Positions 29,185 to 38,524 of a stretch of DNA of 64,000 bases are shown here, in pieces (within the stretch, counting starts at the first letter, position 1; every line of letters begins with the position of its first letter). Both the position numbers and the translations under genes were made by a program. The notes under the pieces were generated by a model that saw only the letters and a list, made by a program, of their open reading frames with translations, did not search any database and was not told the origin of the DNA. Source of the DNA: Candidatus Freyarchaeum deiterrae (lineage in GTDB: Archaea; Asgardarchaeota; Jordiarchaeia; Jordiarchaeales; Jordiarchaeaceae); NCBI GenBank assembly GCA_037305845.1, contig CP147778.1:2816001-2880000 (forward strand), in the 5' to 3' direction.

Positions 29185-29721
29185 TCAAAAGAGCTTGTTA
29201 CGCCCCTCAGGATGCCGATTACGACGATCTGGAGGAACCATCACGTAGCAGTTGCTCGTGGAGTGTCTTATTATTTGCCACACATTTGCTCCAAGACCCC
29301 ACAAAAAGATTTTTTCATCAGGTTCAATTCGGATAAATATGGGGTCACCCAGCATCCTAGTGTGTTCCAGACTGCTTTTCAGAACTCTTGAACTCTGGAA
29401 CATCCTTAGAGCAACCGGATCATCGGCTGCGAGAATTTCTGCTGTCCCCTGAAACTGAACACACGACTGTGGTACGAATCGCAGAAAATAGTGGGGAAAG
29501 GGCACAACAAACGAAACATTATGATTCATCTTGATGTTCTTTGCTTTCCTTAGCGTTGGTCTTGTTATTAAATAGAGAGAAAATGGCAGCTCTGAAGACG
29601 GGATGCCGTAGACGACTCCAACCGAGTGGGGTCTTCCTTGAGGAGTTACAGTGCTTAGAATTCCAAAGTTTTTCTTGCGTAACTGCTTTTCAACATAGGC
29701 AAATGTAAAGGGAGCTAAAAT
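29185..29721 (-). CDS. Pyridoxamine 5'-phosphate oxidase-like (split beta-barrel) protein, probable ATT start
   Basis: The frame stays open upstream of the tracked ATG (29529) and reads FGILSTVTPQGRPHSVGVVY...RKAKNIKMNHNVSF..VQFQGTAEIL. Confidence 0.7.
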   Translation of the reverse strand: MLAPFTFAYVEKQLRKKNFGILSTVTPQGRPHSVGVVYGIPSSELPFSLYLITRPTLRKAKNIKMNHNVSFVVPFPHYFLRFVPQSCVQFQGTAEILAADDPVALRMFQSSRVLKSSLEHTRMLGDPIFIRIEPDEKIFLWGLGANVWQIIRHSTSNCYVMVPPDRRNRHPEGRNKLF

Positions 29722-29783
29722 TGTAGCCCCCCCTTTGACTTTTTGTTTCTGTCATTTAAGTGATCTCCTTCCGTTCGATGCGT

Positions 29784-29987
29784 CTAGCAACAACAACCAT
29801 GATGTCCTGAATGCCCTGAGTGTCCTGATTGTCTACCAGTGCCCATGTATTCCATTGGGTTTTCGTCAAACGTTGTCTTGCATGCTTGGTTGCAGAAATA
29901 GTAGGTTTTGCCCATGTGCTCCGACTTGTACTTGGCTGTCTTTTCGTCCACGTTCATACCGCAAACTGGATCTTTAGCCATATTCAT
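29784..29987 (-). CDS. Stand-alone YHS/TRASH metallochaperone-like protein with His/Cys tail
   Basis: KDPVCGM..GKTYYFCNQAC..F and the tail SGHSGHSGHHGCCC. Confidence 0.85.
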   Translation of the reverse strand: MNMAKDPVCGMNVDEKTAKYKSEHMGKTYYFCNQACKTTFDENPMEYMGTGRQSGHSGHSGHHGCCC

Positions 29988-30007
29988 TCACACTCCTTTT
30001 CTAATTT

Positions 30008-32275
30008 TTATTCAATTATTACCTGTTTTTCATCAGTTTCTACACTACTCGCAAGTTTTTCTGGAATTGTTTTTTTAGCTTTGAGTTTCTTCTCGAATTT
30101 AAATTTGGAAAATTTTAGTGTCGCTGAGTTGGTGACCACGGTTAGCGAGCTAATCGCCATCGCTCCCGCAGCGAATATCGGATTTAGTAGTCCCAAAGCA
30201 GCTATAGGCACCATGACTGTATTATAGATGAATGCCCAGAACAGGTTAGAATTGATTTTTCTCATGGTTTTTTTGCTCAGCTCTATACTAAGAGCCACAT
30301 CTCTCAAATCGTCTTTAATCAGAACTATTCCGCCAGTCTCTTTTGCGATGTCTGTTCCACTTCCGATCGCTATGCCGATGTCGGATTGTGCAAGTGCTGG
30401 TGCATCGTTTATACCGTCTCCTACCATAGCTACGGTTTTGCCTTGGTCTTGCAGTTTTTTAATGGCGTCAACTTTTTCCCACGGCAACACGTTCGCTATT
30501 ACGTTGTCGATGCCCAATTGTTTGGCTATTGCGTCTGCGGTTCTTCCGTTGTCTCCTGTGAGCATCACTACTTCCAAGCCCATGTCTTTCAGTTCTTCTA
30601 TTGCTTCAACAGCGTCTTCTTTGGGTGTATCCATAGCAGCGACTATTCCCGCGGGTTTTCCACTTACCGCCAAAATCATTGCTGTTTTGCCTTGTCTCTC
30701 AAGTTTCCTAAGATCCTTTTCCAAGCCTTCAATGGAAATTTTTTCCTTTTTCATGAGTTTCCGGTTTCCAAGGAATATTCTCTTGTTCTTGTATTTGCAT
30801 TGCACCCCGTGCCCAGGCACTGCCTCAAAAGAGTCTGCATCAGGAATATTAAGACCAGATTCGTGTGCTGCATTCACTATTGCTTCTGCCAACGGATGTT
30901 CAGAACCCTTTTCAGCGATGGCTGCAAACTTCAGTACATCCTTCTCTGTGTAGTCGCTATAAGTTACGATGTCTGTGACTGACGGTTCACCTTTGGTCAA
31001 CGTTCCCGTTTTATCAAATATTACGGTACTAAGTTTTCTGGCTTTTTCTACGTATTCGCCGCTTCTAAGTAATACACCGTATTCTGCACCTTTGCCAACA
31101 CCAGCCAAAATCGCGGCAGGAGTGGCAATACCTAACGCACACGGACATGCAATCAAGATAACAGCGAGCAAAGCAAGAAAAGCAAAGGAGAACCCCCTAG
31201 CAAAATACCAGTACGTAAATGAAATCGCTGCAGTAGCGAAGATTATAGGAACAAATTTCGAAACAACACGGTCAGCAAACTTCTGAACGGGTGCGCTCGA
31301 AGCTTGGGCCTCCTCAACTAAACGCACAATTTGCGATAAAGCAGTATCCTCTCCGACTTTAGTGGCTCTTATTTTCAATAAGCCGTTTTTGTTCATTGTG
31401 GCACCTATAACTTCGCTTCCTACGTTCTTTTCGACAGGAATGCTTTCACCCGTGATTATCTTCTCGTCGACAGAAGAGTCTCCTGTAATTACTTCCCCGT
31501 CTGTCGGAATCTTCTCGCCAGGCTTGACGATAATAGTGTCGCCCAACTGAAGTTCATCTATTGGAATTTCAACTTCTTCTCCGTTCTTAAGCACTCTTGC
31601 TATAGTTGGTTGAAGCTCAAGTAACTTCCGAATCGATGCCGCTGATTTTCGTCTTATGGTTTCTTCAATGTATTTACCTAACAGGACAAAGGCTAGTATT
31701 GCGACTGATATTTCCAAGTATCCGAATCCGCTTCCGGCAGGCAAAATTTTGTTCGCAAGTTGCGGGAGAAATGGATTGAGAAAATTATACCACCAAGCGG
31801 CTAGCTGTTCCAAGAAGGTGCTACTGTTCATTTGCAGTGCAAATTGTGGGAAAAAGGCATTTACAGCACCATACCCCCAGCCCGCCAATACTCCAGCAGA
31901 GACCAGTACATCCATGTTTATAGCTCGATTTCTTAGCGAGTTGTATGCTCCTTTAATAATACTCCATCCAGCAATCCAGACGATAGGTGTTGCCAGCAGA
32001 AACATCCCTAAGTTGTAAGCAGAAATACCAGCAATGCTGAAGTACATCAAGAAGGCCACTATGCCGAACGTCACCAGTAACCGCAAAATTCCCACGGCGA
32101 TTACTCCGGCGAGCGCCATTGCAACTCGGCGTTTCATGCTTTTGAGTTCTTGTTCCGGTTGCTCATATGTTCTGGCGCATGATTCACTGCAAAAGAAATA
32201 CGTTCTGTCTCCTATCTTCCTTTTTATCGCCTTATCGGCTTCAACAGTCATTCCACAAACTGGATCTCTCGGCAT
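30008..32275 (-). CDS. copA: Cu(I)-translocating P1B-1 ATPase with N-terminal YHS/TRASH domain
   Basis: RDPVCGM..FFCSESC, NMDVL, TGES, CPC, DKTGT, EHP, YN and MAISS. Confidence 0.92.
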   Translation of the reverse strand: MPRDPVCGMTVEADKAIKRKIGDRTYFFCSESCARTYEQPEQELKSMKRRVAMALAGVIAVGILRLLVTFGIVAFLMYFSIAGISAYNLGMFLLATPIVWIAGWSIIKGAYNSLRNRAINMDVLVSAGVLAGWGYGAVNAFFPQFALQMNSSTFLEQLAAWWYNFLNPFLPQLANKILPAGSGFGYLEISVAILAFVLLGKYIEETIRRKSAASIRKLLELQPTIARVLKNGEEVEIPIDELQLGDTIIVKPGEKIPTDGEVITGDSSVDEKIITGESIPVEKNVGSEVIGATMNKNGLLKIRATKVGEDTALSQIVRLVEEAQASSAPVQKFADRVVSKFVPIIFATAAISFTYWYFARGFSFAFLALLAVILIACPCALGIATPAAILAGVGKGAEYGVLLRSGEYVEKARKLSTVIFDKTGTLTKGEPSVTDIVTYSDYTEKDVLKFAAIAEKGSEHPLAEAIVNAAHESGLNIPDADSFEAVPGHGVQCKYKNKRIFLGNRKLMKKEKISIEGLEKDLRKLERQGKTAMILAVSGKPAGIVAAMDTPKEDAVEAIEELKDMGLEVVMLTGDNGRTADAIAKQLGIDNVIANVLPWEKVDAIKKLQDQGKTVAMVGDGINDAPALAQSDIGIAIGSGTDIAKETGGIVLIKDDLRDVALSIELSKKTMRKINSNLFWAFIYNTVMVPIAALGLLNPIFAAGAMAISSLTVVTNSATLKFSKFKFEKKLKAKKTIPEKLASSVETDEKQVIIE

Positions 32276-32314
32276 TTTATCATCCTCTTCTTTTTTTCAA
32301 TTAATTTTTAGAAA

Positions 32315-32358
32315 ATATCTCTATGCCATAGAGATATGTCTAATAAAGATATATCTTT
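32315..32358. promoter_or_regulatory. Two palindromes in the divergent copA/PadR promoter
   Basis: ATATCTCTATG-C-CATAGAGATAT (32315-32337) and AAAGATATATCTTT (32345-32358). Confidence 0.55.
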
Positions 32359-32461
32359 TAACATATATAAATATATCGTTTAAGTATATATCTTAAAAAG
32401 TAATGTTTATATCCACGCACCTATAATTACATATTAGAAGACATGCTAGGAGGATACAAAA

Positions 32462-32929
32462 ATGGTAACCGACGAAGAAGAATCTGAAAACATGGAAGAA
32501 TATTTGTCAGACTTTAGCCGCTTCTACATCCTAACTTTTCTCTATGAGGGCCCAGTTCACGGCTACAGCATCATTAACCGATTCAAGAAAATATTAGGAA
32601 AAACAATCAGCCCAAGTCTTGTCTACCCATTTCTTGAACAACTCGAAAAAAAGGGTTTAGTAAAGCATACACTGGAACCTGTAGGGGATAAACCCAAAAA
32701 AGTCTTCGAACTCACCGAGGAAGGAAAAGAAGCCTGCACTCGCCTGTTCAAACGTTTCGCCAATCTTGTCTCCATAGCCATAGAGCCAAGCCTCGAAATT
32801 TGCGCCCACTGTGGCACCAAGATCTACGAAGGAGGACATCGAGAAGTCATCAACGGAAAAGAAACAGCTTTCTGTTGCGTACACTGCGCCAACGCCTACA
32901 AACAAGAAGCCGATGAGAAAAAACTCTAA
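32462..32929 (+). CDS. PadR-family regulator with C-terminal TRASH metal-sensing domain
   Basis: PVHGYSI..SLVYPFL..GLV..FELTEEG, then CAHC...FCCVHC. Confidence 0.85.
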   Translation: MVTDEEESENMEEYLSDFSRFYILTFLYEGPVHGYSIINRFKKILGKTISPSLVYPFLEQLEKKGLVKHTLEPVGDKPKKVFELTEEGKEACTRLFKRFANLVSIAIEPSLEICAHCGTKIYEGGHREVINGKETAFCCVHCANAYKQEADEKKL

Positions 32930-33033
32930 AAGATGGAAAGTGTGATGTGAGAAAATAATACGTGCCCCTTGTCTAAAGCGATGCGTCTGCTAAATGTTTC
33001 GGGAAGGGGTCATTCGAACGCAGATTTTTAAAA

Positions 33034-34191
33034 TTAAGCCTTGTCTAACGCGTGAGTTAAATCTTCTGTTAAATCTTCGATGTCTTCGACACCCACGGAT
33101 ATCCTTACCAAATTGTCCTTGATTCCGATTTTTTCTCTTTCTTTCTGAGGTATGCTGGCGTGTGTCATTGACGCTGGATGTTCGATCAAGGATTCAACTC
33201 CGCCTAGACTTTCTGCTAATGTAAAAATCCTAACCTCCTTCAGGAAGGCTTTAACATCCGTCTGATTGCCATCTATCTCAAAGGAAAGCATCCCTCCAAA
33301 CCCTGACATTTGCTTTTTCGCCAGTTCATGCTGTGGATGACTTTTTAGTCCTGGGTAATTTACTTTTTTAATCTTTGGATGAGATTCAAGATACGTTGCG
33401 ATTTTTTGCGCATTGAAGTTGTGTCTCTCCATTCTTATCGCCAAGGTTTTTATCCCTCTCAAAACTAGAAAACAGTCAAAGGGTGAAGGAACAGCGCCAA
33501 TTGCATTTTGGCTAAATTTTAGTTTGTGGTAGAGTTCCTCGTTGGAAAGCATTATGGCACCTCCGACCACATCGCTGTGTCCGCCAAGATACTTTGTGGT
33601 GCTGTGAAGTGCTACATCGGCTCCTAAATCCAGAGGGTTCTGAAAATAAGGGCTCATGAAGGTGTTGTCGACAACCGTCAAAATGTTTCTCCCCCCACCG
33701 ATTTCAGAAATCGCCTCTATATCGCATAATTTCATCAAAGGATTAGTTGGGGTCTCCAACCAGAACATTCTCGTGTTACTTTGGATGGCTTTTTCAACGT
33801 TTTTCGGATTTCTAGCATCCACATAAGTGAATTCCAATCCAAAATTGGAGAGAACCTGATTGAATAGTCTCCGCGTTCCTCCGTATAGATCATCGAACGC
33901 TACGATGTGGTCACCACTTTTCAACAAGGTCATCGCGAGCGTAGCCTCAGCCGCTAGACCAGAAGCAAAAGCCAAGCCGAATCTCGCGTTCTCTAAAACG
34001 GCTAATCGTTTTTCCAAGGCATGCCTAGTGGGATTTCCGCTCCTCGAATACTCATATCCACCAGTAGGTTTGTCTACTTCACTTCTGCCAAAAGTGGAAG
34101 ACATGTGGATAGGAATAACAACATCGCCACTACCGCCTTCTCTAAAATCTGGTTCCTCTCCAACATGGATGGCCTTTGTTGCAAACCTCAT
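33034..34191 (-). CDS. Cystathionine gamma-lyase/synthase (Cys/Met PLP-dependent family)
   Basis: YEYSRSGNPT, ETPTNP, DNTF, HSTTKYLGGHSD and AESLGGVES. Overlaps the upstream gene by 4 nt. Confidence 0.92.
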   Translation of the reverse strand: MRFATKAIHVGEEPDFREGGSGDVVIPIHMSSTFGRSEVDKPTGGYEYSRSGNPTRHALEKRLAVLENARFGLAFASGLAAEATLAMTLLKSGDHIVAFDDLYGGTRRLFNQVLSNFGLEFTYVDARNPKNVEKAIQSNTRMFWLETPTNPLMKLCDIEAISEIGGGRNILTVVDNTFMSPYFQNPLDLGADVALHSTTKYLGGHSDVVGGAIMLSNEELYHKLKFSQNAIGAVPSPFDCFLVLRGIKTLAIRMERHNFNAQKIATYLESHPKIKKVNYPGLKSHPQHELAKKQMSGFGGMLSFEIDGNQTDVKAFLKEVRIFTLAESLGGVESLIEHPASMTHASIPQKEREKIGIKDNLVRISVGVEDIEDLTEDLTHALDKA

Positions 34192-35567
34192 TTAATAGCC
34201 TCTCTTTTCATGAAATAGTTTATCACGTCTATTGTGGCTATAATATCAACAATTTTATTGTTGTCAAGAACTAGAACTGCGTTCTTATCTTTTAACAGAG
34301 AAAACGGGTTAAGTATATTGTCCGTTTTTTTTACGGTTGGCAGAGGGTCGTCCATTACATCGCCAACCTTTTGTTCGCGCGATATTTCCTTGCTGGCCAA
34401 CTTCTTCATAATGCTGATTTCGCTCACACTTCCAACCTGAACACCGTCTGCGACGACAGGCAATTGGGATACGTCGTATTTGCTCAGAAGGACTATGGCA
34501 GTTCCTAGCGTGTCCTCTGGCTTCACCGACACAATAGTTTTAATCCTCTTTGATTTGTGTTTTAAGATATCCGCGACTAAAATTCTTTCCTCTACGCTTT
34601 CAAGGAATCCGTACTCTCTCATCCATTCGTCTGAGTAAATCTTACTCATGTAGTTCCTTCCCGTGTCTGGAAGAATAACCGCCAAAATTTGCCCCTTCTT
34701 CAAGTTCTTCGCTACTTGTAGAGCGGCGAATACTGCGGCTCCAGCAGAGCCCCCAGCGAAAATGCCTTCTTCCTTAGCCAGCCTTCTCGCGGTCAGGAAG
34801 GCATCTCGATCACTAACTACGATAATTTCATCTATCAATTTCAAATCCAGAGTGGATGGCATAAAGTCCTCGCCGATTCCCTCAACCTTGTATGTGTGAA
34901 TTTCTCCGGTTGTTCCATAGAATTCGTGATGAATCATTGAACCTTCTGGGTCTACGCCGATAACTCTGACATTTGGGTTCTTTTCTTTCAGATATTTTGC
35001 TGTTCCCGTAATGGTTCCTCCTGTGCCCGTGCTGGCCACCAAAACATCAACCTTGCCATCTGTTTGCTCCCAGATTTCTTTTCCAGTGGTTTTATAGTGA
35101 GCTTCGGGATTTGCGGGGTTAAAGTATTGATTAGGCATGAAGGCTCTTGGAGTTTCCTTGACTATTCTTTCTGCAACCTTTACATAATTAGTGGGATGAT
35201 CTGGGGGAACTGCGGTGGGGGTGACTATGACCTCCGCGCCGAAGGCTTTCAAAAGATCAATTTTTTCCCTGCTCATCTTATCTGGAATTGTAAAAATGAT
35301 TTTGTACCCTTTAGCAACAGCGGCCAATGCGAGTCCGATGCCTGTGTTTCCACCGGTTGGTTCAACGATAACGTACCCTGGCTCGATGAGCCCTTGGTTT
35401 TCCGCAGCTTCTATCATAGAGATTCCTATCCTGTCTTTGACGCTTCCGCCTGGGTTAAACATCTCCAGCTTTGCCAGAACGGTAGCCTCAATCCCTTCGG
35501 TGACCCTGTTAAGTTTCACCAGCGGGGTGTTGCCAACAGCTTCCAGAATATTGTTAAGATGTTTCAT
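34188..35567 (-). CDS. cbs: Cystathionine beta-synthase with C-terminal CBS (Bateman) domains
   Basis: GNTPL, NPGGSVKDRIG, NQYFNPANP, GTGGT, YKVEGIG and PDTGRNYMSK, plus a C-terminal CBS pair (VSQLPVV). Confidence 0.85.
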   Translation of the reverse strand: MKHLNNILEAVGNTPLVKLNRVTEGIEATVLAKLEMFNPGGSVKDRIGISMIEAAENQGLIEPGYVIVEPTGGNTGIGLALAAVAKGYKIIFTIPDKMSREKIDLLKAFGAEVIVTPTAVPPDHPTNYVKVAERIVKETPRAFMPNQYFNPANPEAHYKTTGKEIWEQTDGKVDVLVASTGTGGTITGTAKYLKEKNPNVRVIGVDPEGSMIHHEFYGTTGEIHTYKVEGIGEDFMPSTLDLKLIDEIIVVSDRDAFLTARRLAKEEGIFAGGSAGAAVFAALQVAKNLKKGQILAVILPDTGRNYMSKIYSDEWMREYGFLESVEERILVADILKHKSKRIKTIVSVKPEDTLGTAIVLLSKYDVSQLPVVADGVQVGSVSEISIMKKLASKEISREQKVGDVMDDPLPTVKKTDNILNPFSLLKDKNAVLVLDNNKIVDIIATIDVINYFMKREAIK

Positions 35568-35630
35568 TTCAGACCCTCATAATGACGACCGGTCTATTCT
35601 TTAATTTTATTCATAGTAAACTTTTATCTA

Positions 35631-35676
35631 TTCTTAACTATTGTTAAGTCAATTTGTTCTTAACTATTGTTAAGAA
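35631..35676. promoter_or_regulatory. Tandem palindromic operator-like sites upstream of cbs
   Basis: TTCTTAACTATTGTTAAG occurs at 35631 and 35657 (26-bp period). The core is CTTAAC-N4-GTTAAG. Confidence 0.65.
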
Positions 35677-35906
35677 ATCTTTTAAATTTTTGGGTGTGAA
35701 AACTGAAGCTCCTCCTCTAAATAGAATCATTACTACATTAAAGGAATCTTCTAAAACATAATTCTTTTAACAATGAGTTTATACGTTGAATTTGTATGAT
35801 TTAATCCAAAATAGCCGATTAAAGAAAATGAAGAGAATAAAAAGAAGTCAAAAAGCGAACGGGAAAGGTTGAACTCTTCAAGGTTGAAAACATTTGGTTC
35901 GCACCC

Positions 35907-37142
35907 TTATAATAGGGATTGAAAGTTGAAATCCTCTTTCAGAAGATCCGTTTTGTAAGCGCCCAATTCCGCATTCTTTAGTATGGTTTGTCTAATCTGC
36001 TGCTTCAACAGGGATCTATTCAAGTTCTTTCCAATAATTAATGCCCCTATTAATTTATTCTCCCGTAGGAGAAACTTCCTATATACGTTTTCGTGAAATG
36101 AGAGCCTCGAGAGTTCCTCAAAGCTTTGATCAGATCGGGTGACGCCAGCGGTCACGATATCGAGATCATAAACTCCCATCGAAAATAAATTTATTACCCC
36201 CTGAACCTCTCTTTCGGAGCCAGCCATATTATGAGCTACGATTTCTCCTTGTTCCTCGGCGTAGCTCCAACTGGGGTGAAGCCTAGGTTCTGATAGGATG
36301 GGGTCAAAGGTTTGGGTTACATCACCGGCGGCAAAGATGTTGGGTATACTGGTTCTCAGATATTGATCTGCTAGCACACCTCTCTCCGTTTTCACCCCGC
36401 TGCCTTCTAGGAAAGCTATGCTTGGACGTATCCCGACGGTTATAATAGCTAAGTCGCACGGAAGTTTTTGTCCATTCTTCAATACCACGGACTTGATCCT
36501 AGCATTTTCGCCCTCCAACTCGACAACTTCCTCGTTGAACCATAACTCTGTGCCCTCCCTCCTGAGCCGCTCTTCAATGATCTTTGAAGCTTTATTGTCA
36601 AGCGTTTCTGACCACAGGCGGTCCGCCTTTTCGACCACGGAAACATTAATACCGATTTTCCTTAGATGGGGAATCATCTTTAGTGCTATAGTTCCTCCAC
36701 CTATAACGGCCACGTTCTTGGCTTTCCTAGCTAGTCTAGTCACCCTTCTGGCATCATCAAGATTATAGAAGGTCGATACACCTTCTAGTTGAATTCCTCT
36801 CCATGGCGGGACGATGGGCTTTCCTCCCGTCGCGATAAGAAGAGAATCGTAATCCAGCGTCCGTCCGTCTGTTAATGTCACTTGATTCTGTTCACTGGAG
36901 ACTTTAAGTACTGTTCCCCCTACAAAGTTCACTCCCATTTTCTTGTAGAAATCCTTTCCTTTTTCGAACAGTTCTTCTTCACTCTTGTCTCCTGAGATCA
37001 GACGAGCGAGATGTTCCCTTCTATAGTAAGGGTATCCTTCATCGGATATTACTGTAATATCTTCTTTTCCGTCTAGCTTCCATAATGTTTCGGTTGCTGT
37101 GGCCCCCGCAGGACCACTTCCAATAATAAGATAACGCTTCAT
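35907..37142 (-). CDS. FAD/NAD(P)H-dependent oxidoreductase (NirB/rubredoxin-reductase-like)
   Basis: GSGPAG, LIATGG, GGGTIA and IFAAGD motifs. Confidence 0.85.
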   Translation of the reverse strand: MKRYLIIGSGPAGATATETLWKLDGKEDITVISDEGYPYYRREHLARLISGDKSEEELFEKGKDFYKKMGVNFVGGTVLKVSSEQNQVTLTDGRTLDYDSLLIATGGKPIVPPWRGIQLEGVSTFYNLDDARRVTRLARKAKNVAVIGGGTIALKMIPHLRKIGINVSVVEKADRLWSETLDNKASKIIEERLRREGTELWFNEEVVELEGENARIKSVVLKNGQKLPCDLAIITVGIRPSIAFLEGSGVKTERGVLADQYLRTSIPNIFAAGDVTQTFDPILSEPRLHPSWSYAEEQGEIVAHNMAGSEREVQGVINLFSMGVYDLDIVTAGVTRSDQSFEELSRLSFHENVYRKFLLRENKLIGALIIGKNLNRSLLKQQIRQTILKNAELGAYKTDLLKEDFNFQSLL

Positions 37143-37358
37143 TACGTAACCACCCTCCCATTACCTAATTATGGCAAGGTTATAGAACATATAAATCTAA
37201 CCTCTCAAATAAATCGGGTTAGAGTTAAAAGGATTACTTAAAGAGCTTGATGTTGACGTAATCGAGCTTGAGGATATTCTGGCTGAAGCTAAAAGGAATC
37301 TTATTATAAGATAAATTTTGATTTATCCTTTTTAGAACGGTTTTTGTCTTGTTCTGTG

Positions 37359-37492
37359 CTAAGGTTCTTTTTTAGGTAGGTTCTTTACAAGTGCTCTCAG
37401 TATTATTATCGCAGCCTTTTTGTCCAACGGTTCATTGTTGTTTCCACACTTCGGAGAAAAAATACAGGAAGGACGACCATCTTCACACTCAC
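37359..37492 (-). pseudogene. Orphan copy of the helicase 3' end (direct repeat of 38534..38661)
   Basis: 128 bp with 10 mismatches. Reads [43 protein letters not shown]. Confidence 0.9.
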
Positions 37493-37764
37493 CGTTCTTA
37501 ATTTCATAACTCTGTTCGGAGAATATTTAGCGACACAAACCCGCCTAGTAGCCCAACGGGGAGTAGATTTAAAGGTCGCAGTCTACAGCTGGCTCTGCTT
37601 AACCGTCCTTCTGAGAATCCGAGGTGGGCAGACAGAGGCGAAAACCCAGCCAAAAAAGGAATAATTATGCCATACAAATACATATTGAAAATATTTATTA
37701 TTGCTAATACCCTAAAATAACATAGCTATATTGGCCAAAATGATGTCAAGTGAGGCTGTAAATA

Positions 37765-38475
37765 TTGTCGGGTTTGAAAGTTTCTGATTTCAAAATGTTT
37801 GAGAAGGCTCCCTATAAACTACGCGACTACAAGAACCACTTAGCAAGCCTTATAATGGGTATAAAAGAACAAGAAAAAACTTTTGGTTCCGCATTCGCCG
37901 GCAGATTCATAAAAAACGCTCTAAGGTTCATTGCTCAAAAAACCCAAGAGAAAACACCCGAAGATATTAAAAATCTAGACCAGTTGGCAGATTATATACT
38001 CTCAATCTCCGACAAACACCCAGACGCTTCCAACGCAATTTTGTATGCTCAGTGCAAGACCGAAATGGAGTTACAAGGTCAGTCTGGAGCAGGAACTCGG
38101 ATTGGGACGATAGGTTATCAGAGATCTAGCGGTATTGCGAAACCTTCCAGCGCTAAAGAGAGAAATGTTGATTTAGATCAGCTGATATCAAATCTTCGCA
38201 AGCTTGGGGTTGATATGAAGGTCGCTCCATTTGAATATGGATATAAAAAGAATGAAGATGAAAGTGTTGACATAATTTTGCCAGACTGTTACCTCAAGAG
38301 TGGGTGCCTAATGGCTCTCGATGAGGGCTTGTTAAAGCGGGCAGTCGGCGGGATGGACTGTGGTTACAGTAATGTTATGTGCCAGTTTTTAAAAATGTAT
38401 ACGGGCTATGAATGGGACTATAAACTATTAGAATTCGATAAACCCCACTGCATATTGAGAGTCTTCATGATCTAA
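37765..38475 (+). CDS. V4R/MetOD1-like domain protein
   Basis: C-terminal IILPDCYLKSGC...MDC...PHCILRV. TTG start after GTGAGG. Confidence 0.6.
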   Translation: MSGLKVSDFKMFEKAPYKLRDYKNHLASLIMGIKEQEKTFGSAFAGRFIKNALRFIAQKTQEKTPEDIKNLDQLADYILSISDKHPDASNAILYAQCKTEMELQGQSGAGTRIGTIGYQRSSGIAKPSSAKERNVDLDQLISNLRKLGVDMKVAPFEYGYKKNEDESVDIILPDCYLKSGCLMALDEGLLKRAVGGMDCGYSNVMCQFLKMYTGYEWDYKLLEFDKPHCILRVFMI

Positions 38476-38524
38476 TCATTCATTCGGGAGACTTCAACAG
38501 AAAGAACAAACAAAACATTTTCCA

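Noticed and set aside
30228-30982. Long antisense ORFs (241 and 198 aa) and many similar shadow ORFs in the track
   Set aside because: They lie opposite well-supported genes and are explained by codon bias.
37222-37314. Startless fragment ELKGLLKELDVDVIELEDILAEAKRNLIIR resembling an antitoxin C-terminus
   Set aside because: Too short and without a start codon, so the family cannot be supported.
37611-37651. Hammerhead ribozyme (CTGAGA...CGAAA)
   Set aside because: The core reads CTGAGAA rather than CTGANGA, and the flanking stems do not fit.
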